The notes under the pieces: generated by a model
What the model was told of the DNA's origin: nothing
The model's database searches: none
The model's input: the letters and a program-made list of their open reading frames with translations, nothing else
Position numbers and translations under genes: made by a program
Shown: positions 57,705 through 64,000 of the stretch, in pieces
Position numbering within the stretch: position 1 is the stretch's first letter
Layout of the letters: every line of letters starts with the position of its first letter
Assembly: GCA_934747805.1 (NCBI GenBank)
Contig: CAKVHC010000001.1
Location: forward strand, 22,286-86,285
From: an uncultured Clostridia bacterium
GTDB lineage: Bacteria; Bacillota; Clostridia; Christensenellales; UBA1242
DNA: 64,000 nt
Direction: 5' to 3'

Positions 57705-58031
57705 CTATTCGCCTTTGATCTGCACCAACGCCATATTTCTAGCACGTTTGATAGCAGTTGTCAATTCTCTTTGGTGCTTTGCGCAAGTACCAGTTTGACG
57801 ACGTGGAAGGATTTTACCCTTTTCAGTGATAAATTTCTTCATCTTTGCAACGTCTTTGTAATCGATTGCTTTGCAATCTCTGTCTTCACAGAAAATGCAA
57901 ACTTTCTTTTTAGGTTGACGTTTGAAATATTTTTTTGTCTTGTCAAACTTTGGCTTTTCAGTAGCTTCAGTCTTAGCTGGTTCAGCTTTAACTTCTTCTA
58001 CCTTTTCAACTGTTTCAATGATTTCTTCCAT
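57705..58031 (-). CDS. rpsR: 30S ribosomal protein S18 (with N-terminal acidic/Lys-rich extension)
   Basis: ...[58 protein letters not shown]. Confidence 0.9.
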   Translation of the reverse strand: MEEIIETVEKVEEVKAEPAKTEATEKPKFDKTKKYFKRQPKKKVCIFCEDRDCKAIDYKDVAKMKKFITEKGKILPRRQTGTCAKHQRELTTAIKRARNMALVQIKGE

Positions 58032-58044
58032 ACTTTCTCCTTAA

Positions 58045-58440
58045 TTAAAATGGTAGGCTATCGTCATCGACTGGACGAAGATCACTAACAGGTTCAGCGT
58101 CGTCTCTAGTTGCACTGTCGCCACTAGAACGGCTGTTCAAAAACTCAATTTCGCTGGCAATGATGTCTGTTGCGTATCTCTTAACACCATCAACTTCGTA
58201 TGTACGATTTTGAAGTGAGCCAACAACAGCGATCTTGCTACCTTTGCTTAAATATTTGCTACAATTCTCAGCGTCGTTTCTCCAAACGGTGATGTTGAAG
58301 AAATCTGTTTCACGAGTGCCATCTGCATTGGCAAAACGACGTGACACTGCCAAACTGAGTCGGCAGAGTGAAACTCCGCTAGAAGTAGTACTGAGTTCAG
58401 GGTCTCTTGTTAGATTGCCTATTAAAAATACTTTATTCAT
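58045..58440 (-). CDS. ssb: Single-stranded DNA-binding protein
   Basis: MNKVFLIGNLTRDPEL... OB fold with a C-terminal acidic tip DDDSLPF. Confidence 0.93.
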   Translation of the reverse strand: MNKVFLIGNLTRDPELSTTSSGVSLCRLSLAVSRRFANADGTRETDFFNITVWRNDAENCSKYLSKGSKIAVVGSLQNRTYEVDGVKRYATDIIASEIEFLNSRSSGDSATRDDAEPVSDLRPVDDDSLPF

Positions 58441-58453
58441 AATTTACCTCTAA

Positions 58454-58732
58454 TTATTTAGCAACAATCATGTGACGAATAACATTTTCGTTAATGTTAA
58501 GTTCACGGTTGATTGTAGCAACTGCTGCGGTTGGGGCAGTGAAATATGTTAGCACGTAGGTGCCTTCACGCATCTTGTTGATTTCGTAAGCGAACTTCTT
58601 GTTGCCTTGATTTTCGCTAGACTCAATCGTACCGCCACACTTCTCAATGAAAGCGTTTACCTTAGCGATTGTTTGCTCTTTAGCTTCGTCGCTAGTGTTG
58701 CTCTTGATGATGTAGTACAATTCGTATTTCAT
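58454..58732 (-). CDS. rpsF: 30S ribosomal protein S6
   Basis: MKYELYYIIK...GTIESSENQGNKKFAYEI...EGTYVL, in the canonical rpsF-ssb-rpsR order. Confidence 0.9.
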   Translation of the reverse strand: MKYELYYIIKSNTSDEAKEQTIAKVNAFIEKCGGTIESSENQGNKKFAYEINKMREGTYVLTYFTAPTAAVATINRELNINENVIRHMIVAK

Positions 58733-58911
58733 TTTTCTCTCTCCTTATGGTCTTTGGCTCTAAACGAGCAAGGAATTTGGCTGCTAAACGCTAACCAAAC
58801 TTTTCGACATTGCAAGTATAACACAAATAAAGATTTATTGCAAGTGCTAATTTTACAATTTTGCCGTAAAACAACAAAAAACTCACCCCGAAAGGTGAGT
58901 TATGCACCGAG

Positions 58912-58943
58912 TTATCCACAATTGTGGAAAACTATGTGGATAA
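58912..58943. promoter_or_regulatory. DnaA-box cluster (two perfect TTATCCACA boxes and one 8/9 box)
   Basis: TTATCCACA at 58912-58920. TGTGGAAAA at 58923-58931 is the reverse complement of TTTTCCACA. TGTGGATAA at 58935-58943 is the reverse complement of TTATCCACA. Confidence 0.6.
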
Positions 58944-59003
58944 CTAAGTGGAAATCTCAACTCATTTTGCAAAACTTGTCACTTCTTGCCGAGATTTTCT
59001 AAG

Positions 59004-60305
59004 TTAATTATTCGAGTTATCCCAAATCAATGTAGAGTCGCCTTCGGTTGCAACGACTGCTTCTAGGGTGATTTTAAGCGTGCTGCAACCCTGGTCATTA
59101 GAAGTAGTAGGAATATAAATTCCACTGCAAAAGTCTTGTCTAGTATCACTATATATTTTTGTAAGCAAATCTGCACTTGAACCTTGCCCTAAATAGTAAT
59201 ATCCGTCAATTAGCGTCCAACCGGATTGCAGTCCTTTTATTTCGAGTTCGATATTACACTCTATTTTTAATCTAACAAATATCCATGCTGACGAGATATT
59301 GGATATATTAAAGCTAATTTCTCCCGCAAGCTTGTCGCCTGCTACATTATTTTGGCAGCACAATGTCGCTGTGACGCTATTCGTATTTTCACTATAGCTA
59401 GTTCCACCTATTTGCAAAGTTGCTATTATGGACGCAGGCACAACGGGATCATAAAATTTAAACATCAAGTAGCCGTCCTTATCGCTGACAACTTGCTTAA
59501 AATTGTCTGGACAAGTTACATTGTTTGAATTTGTTTTCCAATAGATTGTGTTTACTCCTGAAAGTATGGTATCTTTCGATAATGCCGAACCACCTTCAAC
59601 ATATACAATGTCATCAACTCGACTAGTTAATTTTGCATACAAAACAAATTCGTCCTTTATTTTTTCCGTGTCCCATTTAGCAATAATCATTTCGTTATTG
59701 TTAACCAATGGGGTGAAACTAGTTATCTTTGTTTCATTTACACCAGTCCCCACATACCAACCTAAAAAATATTGCGAAATATCACTATTCGCATTTGCAG
59801 GCTTACCCTTGAATGTTGGCATAACAATATAACTACCACATTCTGTTGTCTTTTTATAATTTGAGCCAGATTTGCCGATTTCAAAACAATATTCATTTAC
59901 CATTATATTTGCAAAATAGTCATCCAATTCTTTAAATTCCGTAGGTAAATTCAAACTGAAATTGAACTCCAATGCTTTGGTTGAAGCATTATCTATTCTT
60001 TCTTTTAATAATCGTAATGACACTAGTTGATGCCACTCGTTGTCAGTTCCTTGATATTTCCAAACTATATAGTCATTTATTATTGCCAACTCAATTTGTT
60101 TTTCGTTTAGCCCACCTCCTTGCTCTATTTTAATATCATCCACAGTCGCAATATTTTCCCAATCATTATTTCTACACGACCATTGAATATAACCGTTTTG
60201 CTCTCGCACTTTTATCTCCGCATCAGCCTGACAACCAGCAAACAAGGTAACAATTGGCAATAGCATCAAACACATCATTAAAGCGAATGCTCTCACCTTT
60301 TTCAT
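59004..60305 (-). CDS. Lipoprotein with a Listeria-Bacteroides-type repeat
   Basis: Lipobox LFAGC after a signal peptide. Internal FLGWYVG...IIAKW repeat. Confidence 0.65.
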   Translation of the reverse strand: MKKVRAFALMMCLMLLPIVTLFAGCQADAEIKVREQNGYIQWSCRNNDWENIATVDDIKIEQGGGLNEKQIELAIINDYIVWKYQGTDNEWHQLVSLRLLKERIDNASTKALEFNFSLNLPTEFKELDDYFANIMVNEYCFEIGKSGSNYKKTTECGSYIVMPTFKGKPANANSDISQYFLGWYVGTGVNETKITSFTPLVNNNEMIIAKWDTEKIKDEFVLYAKLTSRVDDIVYVEGGSALSKDTILSGVNTIYWKTNSNNVTCPDNFKQVVSDKDGYLMFKFYDPVVPASIIATLQIGGTSYSENTNSVTATLCCQNNVAGDKLAGEISFNISNISSAWIFVRLKIECNIELEIKGLQSGWTLIDGYYYLGQGSSADLLTKIYSDTRQDFCSGIYIPTTSNDQGCSTLKITLEAVVATEGDSTLIWDNSNN

Positions 60306-60397
60306 ATATTTTCTCCTTTTACATATACTAACGTTATTATACTAGGTCTATTGACCTAAATCAAGTCTTTTGACCTAAAATGTTTTAACATAATTGT

Positions 60398-60595
60398 ATG
60401 GAATTTAAAGAAATAGTAAAAGATATCTTGGTGACATATGGGTACAGCCAACAAAAATTGGCTGACGAATTGAACGTCAATCAGACAACAGTGAGTCAAT
60501 GGCTATTAGGACGCAAAAAACCATCATACGATAGCATTGAAATGATGTACAAAAAATTTAAAATAACTCCAAACGAAATTTTCGGGGTTGAATAG
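60398..60595 (+). CDS. XRE-family HTH protein (65 aa)
   Basis: QQKLADELNVNQTTVSQWLLGRKKPS. Confidence 0.7.
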   Translation: MEFKEIVKDILVTYGYSQQKLADELNVNQTTVSQWLLGRKKPSYDSIEMMYKKFKITPNEIFGVE

Positions 60596-60653
60596 GGCGA
60601 CAGTCGCCTTTTTTGTTTTCATTAATTGATACTCATCCGCATAAACATAAAGT

Positions 60654-61349
60654 ATGGAATATGGGCGAAAGCAAAGGTTGTTGATTGGAGTTGCCACATT
60701 GGTGGTGTTTTGCGTGGTGGTCATATTTGCCACAATACCAGCTGTCTTTGTGGACAAGTCGCCCAAATGGCAAAAGACTGTTTTGCTCGATGCAGGACAT
60801 GGCGGACGAGATGGTGGATGCGTGGGTGCGAACGGCAGCATTGAAAAGGAATTGAATCTCGCATACACACTGGAAATAAAGCGAATGCTCGAAGACGCTG
60901 GAGTGCGTGTGGTTCTGACACGAGCACAAGACGAGGCGCTCTACTCTCCACTTGCTCGCAACAAAAAGATTGACGACATGCAAAAACGTGTGGCCATCAT
61001 CAAGCGTACAAAACCAGATTTATACATAAGCATACATATGAACTCCACAAGTTACACCTATCGGCAAGGCACTCAAGTGTATTATGGACAAGTGAACGAC
61101 AGTGGAAAAGGTTTTGCCGAACTACTCGCCAAGACATACAATCGTTTGTTGCCGAACGCTAGCCCAACTGCCAAGTCTGGCGACCTATACATTCTCGATC
61201 AGACTAATTTTGCCGGAGTGTTGGTCGAGTGCGGATTTTTGTCCAATGCGGAAGAAGAAGCCAATCTGTTAACCAAAGAGTATCGCCAGCGTGTAGCTTA
61301 CGCCACATTCTGCGGCGTGATGTTGTGTCTGGGGTTGAAAACCGCTTAA
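60654..61349 (+). CDS. cwlD: N-acetylmuramoyl-L-alanine amidase, CwlD-like (Amidase_3)
   Basis: N-terminal TM segment, LLDAGHGGRDGG, ...DLYISIHMNS..., VLVECGFLSN. Confidence 0.8.
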   Translation: MEYGRKQRLLIGVATLVVFCVVVIFATIPAVFVDKSPKWQKTVLLDAGHGGRDGGCVGANGSIEKELNLAYTLEIKRMLEDAGVRVVLTRAQDEALYSPLARNKKIDDMQKRVAIIKRTKPDLYISIHMNSTSYTYRQGTQVYYGQVNDSGKGFAELLAKTYNRLLPNASPTAKSGDLYILDQTNFAGVLVECGFLSNAEEEANLLTKEYRQRVAYATFCGVMLCLGLKTA

Positions 61350-61430
61350 GTCTTGACATTGCGAAAAATTGTGCTATACTCTCACACGACTAGATGAGGA
61401 GATACAACCCTCGCATAAAAGGAAAGAAGT

Positions 61431-61592
61431 ATGGAAAAGAATTTGACTCAAAAACTCATTAATAAAAATAGCGAAAAAACACATTGTCATGCATCCGCTG
61501 CAAAAGCTTATGAACAGATGAAAAAAGCACAGGCAGAAAAAAATAAAGACAACAACAAGAAAAAACCTGCAAAAATGATTATAGAACGCTAA
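61431..61592 (+). CDS. Possible small basic protein (53 aa), not in the ORF track
   Basis: ATG at 61431 after AAAGGAAAG. An open frame of 54 codons is followed by the GACCGC-TAAGT-GCGGTC terminator. No homology recognised. Confidence 0.3.
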   Translation: MEKNLTQKLINKNSEKTHCHASAAKAYEQMKKAQAEKNKDNNKKKPAKMIIER

Positions 61593-61610
61593 TTTGTAAA
61601 AAAATGACCG

Positions 61611-62129
61611 CTAAGTGCGGTCTTTTTTCATTTTAAATATTCTTATTAATTCAAAAGTGATAACCACCAGTTCGGCAACTATTGCGAAAATGGATTTGTA
61701 GCAAATGCCATAAACCACCCAAATTATACTATTTGCAAAACTAATAATAGTGTAGAGTTTTAGACTGCTCTGCCAATAACCATACGTGAGATTGACGCTT
61801 GCCACAATTGACATAAAGTCGTACCAATATCTAAATCCCAAAACTCCAAAGCCAACAGCAATCAATATACAGATTGTCAGCGACCAATAGTTATGCTCAG
61901 CACCACGTTTATTATCTATGTAAAACCAAACAAGTCTTGGCAAGGTCGCCACGTTAATAAGCGCACCCGTTGCAGAGCCTAAAAGAAAATAATGAGTGAA
62001 ATAACAGAGCGTGTTTATCATACCCAAAATTAAGACCTTCCGTTTATCTCTAACGAAAAAAGACGGTACGACAGCGCCAATTGCTAAAACCATAAATATC
62101 TGTGAAATGATATATTTAGTCGTCCACAT
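61611..62129 (-). CDS. YgjV-like inner membrane protein
   Basis: Five or six TM helices, with size and pattern reminiscent of the Imp-YgjV family. Confidence 0.5.
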   Translation of the reverse strand: MWTTKYIISQIFMVLAIGAVVPSFFVRDKRKVLILGMINTLCYFTHYFLLGSATGALINVATLPRLVWFYIDNKRGAEHNYWSLTICILIAVGFGVLGFRYWYDFMSIVASVNLTYGYWQSSLKLYTIISFANSIIWVVYGICYKSIFAIVAELVVITFELIRIFKMKKDRT

Positions 62130-62670
62130 TAAAATTTCTCACCTCATATATCTTACCATGCTTTGACGTGGTGACAAAGTGTGCCTTGAGAAAATGCTTT
62201 GCGCACTTTTCGCCAATAGGAGTGACGCAATCCATTACGACATGTGAAATGTGTTTACCCTGCGAGATTATTTTTTCAACTTTATCGCAGAAACCTTGCC
62301 ACAACTTTTTCACCGCAATGCCATTCTGAAATTTTTTATCCAGCGCAATTGACGTGAACAGGCATTTATTCTCACCCAACTTAAATGGCAGTATATCTTC
62401 GAGGGTCATCTCATAATCTGGCAGCGTTCCTTTCAAAATTCTGTCGTAGCAATTATCCGTTACAGCCATAAAATTAATATAGCCAACAACACAATCATCA
62501 TACAAAAGAAAAGTATAGATATCTTTGTTGACACTTAGCCAATCGCAGCAAACATTTTGGTCGCCAACTTCTTCGCTGATAAAAAACTGTTTGTCTATTG
62601 CGATTGCCTGCTCAAGCCGCTCATTAGTCACATCATATGCAATGGAAAAATTATTTGCTTTCATTTCCAC
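62116..62670 (-). CDS. Hypothetical protein, possibly GNAT-like
   Basis: Overlaps the downstream gene by 14 nt. The central VVGYINFMAV...LFTSIALDKKFQNGIAVKKLW is weakly GNAT-like. Confidence 0.35.
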   Translation of the reverse strand: MEMKANNFSIAYDVTNERLEQAIAIDKQFFISEEVGDQNVCCDWLSVNKDIYTFLLYDDCVVGYINFMAVTDNCYDRILKGTLPDYEMTLEDILPFKLGENKCLFTSIALDKKFQNGIAVKKLWQGFCDKVEKIISQGKHISHVVMDCVTPIGEKCAKHFLKAHFVTTSKHGKIYEVRNFNVDD

Positions 62671-62977
62671 ATAAATATATCACAAAGAAAAATGAAAGTC
62701 AAAAATTTATTTTAAATTAAAACCACAGATTTTCGTTTGTAAAAATTTTAGTGTAAAAATATTGGATTTTGCAATTTTTACATCAAAAACAAGTATTTTT
62801 GCCAAAAATTTGCACATAAAATACATAGAATTCAAATTTTTAAACGCTTAAAATTATTATTATATATATGTAACACAGACAAACGTGATCTAAACTGCTA
62901 AAAAATGCAAGTGATAGAACTTGACAAAGGTTTTCAATATGGTATAATGCTAATGAAATATAAAAGGACGTTACATT

Positions 62978-63433
62978 ATGGAAAAGAACACAATTAACAC
63001 TGATTACTATAAAGAATCCTTGAACCACGAGATTGCAAAAAATTCTTCTTTGCCAGAGCGAATTTCTGAAAAAGTTGAATACACTCCAGGCGCTGAAAAT
63101 AAGACAGAGTTTTATATAGTGTCAAATGGTAAACACTATCTGCTTGTGTCAATCAACAATCTTTACACAAAGAAAAGAATCACAGACTGTGTCGTTCCAA
63201 TTAGAAGAGCAATGGCAGTAAAATATGTTGCTAGCGGAATGTGTGAATTTTACTCAATTCCTTACGACACTAAACACGTATTGCAAGTCGATGTAGTGAA
63301 TCCTGTCGGCAAGCACGCAACATTAGGAGAACTATTGTTTAAAAATAAGCAAACTGAAAATGGCGAATTGATTATTACTTGCTGTGAGCCAGCTACTCAG
63401 CATAGAGAAAAGGAAATTGAAATGGATAGATAA
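62978..63433 (+). CDS. Hypothetical protein (151 aa)
   Basis: A good promoter (TTGACA ... TGgTATAAT at about 62921-62953) and SD AAAGGA. No domain recognised. Confidence 0.45.
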   Translation: MEKNTINTDYYKESLNHEIAKNSSLPERISEKVEYTPGAENKTEFYIVSNGKHYLLVSINNLYTKKRITDCVVPIRRAMAVKYVASGMCEFYSIPYDTKHVLQVDVVNPVGKHATLGELLFKNKQTENGELIITCCEPATQHREKEIEMDR

Positions 63434-63731
63434 TGTAAAAAAAGAATTTGCAAAAGCGAATTCTTTTTTTTAATTATAAATAAATTTACACATAGCATGT
63501 TAAAATAAATTTATTGCAATATAATTCAAATAAAGATATATTGCAATGTTAATCTAAATAAATATTGAAATATATAAATAATATTAAATATAAATAAAAA
63601 AATATTGAAAAAATAATGATTTTTCACCATTTTGCAGGCAATTTGCAATTATTTAACAATATTTTTTATTATTTTATAATTTTGTTTATTTATTTATATT
63701 TAATTCAATGTTTTTTTAATTATATATTTTG

Positions 63732-64000
63732 TTACATATAACTTACAGACTTAACTTCAAAATAGCTTTGTGGATGACTGCACACTGGACAAACATCTGG
63801 CGCTTTTGTGCCAACAACGATATGTCCGCAATTTCTACACTCCCAAACCTTAACTGAGCTTTTTTCAAACACTTGTTTGGTCTCAACATTTTTGAGCAGT
63901 GCACGATATCTTTCTTCGTGTGCTTTTTCAATCGCTCCAACTGCTCTAAATTTCTCAGCCAATTCTTTGAAGCCTTCGTCTTCAGCAGTTTTGGCAAATG
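63732..64000 (-). CDS. Rubrerythrin, C-terminal part (gene continues beyond the window)
   Basis: The frame is open to the window edge (...[31 protein letters not shown]...). C-terminal CRNCGH...CPVC rubredoxin-like motif. Confidence 0.85.
   Translation of the reverse strand, partial: FAKTAEDEGFKELAEKFRAVGAIEKAHEERYRALLKNVETKQVFEKSSVKVWECRNCGHIVVGTKAPDVCPVCSHPQSYFEVKSVSYM

Overview
This is a low-GC Firmicutes-type chromosome segment from a spore-former. Recognisable core genes are gyrA, deoD, clpB, T-box-regulated ileS, recA-recN-spoIVB, deoB, dacB-like, tsaD, prfB with its +1 frameshift, rpsR-ssb-rpsF and cwlD. No rRNA genes or CRISPR arrays were seen. The main accessory feature is a ~17.3-kb integrative element at about 6087-23379. 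It sits inside the anticodon loop of a tRNA-Arg(CCT) gene, and both tRNA halves are still recognisable, flanked by a 7-bp TCCTAAG direct repeat. The element does not rebuild that tRNA but carries its own complete tRNA-Arg(CCT). It encodes a tyrosine integrase, an excisionase-like HTH protein, a winged-helix replication-like protein next to iteron-like repeats, and three defence-type modules. Module (i) is a retron-type reverse transcriptase preceded by a ~280-nt structured leader and a 66-aa membrane peptide. Module (ii) is a type I R-M operon (hsdM-hsdS-hsdR) co-transcribed with a PrrC-like ABC-ATPase/anticodon-nuclease candidate and a GIY-YIG/T5orf172 protein; hsdS carries a perfect 3 x 12-bp (ELTA) repeat. 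Module (iii) is a Dam-type methyltransferase translationally overlapped with a 744-aa DGQHR (DndB/ParB-like) protein that ends in an Rx4H HEPN-like motif. I cannot assign module (iii) to any named system, and it is my best candidate for something undescribed. Outside the element, several features merit a second look. These are a three-gene operon with a 2363-aa modular surface protein, a receiver-less Spo0A-C gene at the spo0A syntenic position, a DnaA-box cluster upstream of rpsF, identical palindromic hairpins bracketing a SpoU/TrmH gene, and two candidate leaderless mRNAs. All calls come from reading the sequence and ORF translations by eye. No database search or folding program was run.
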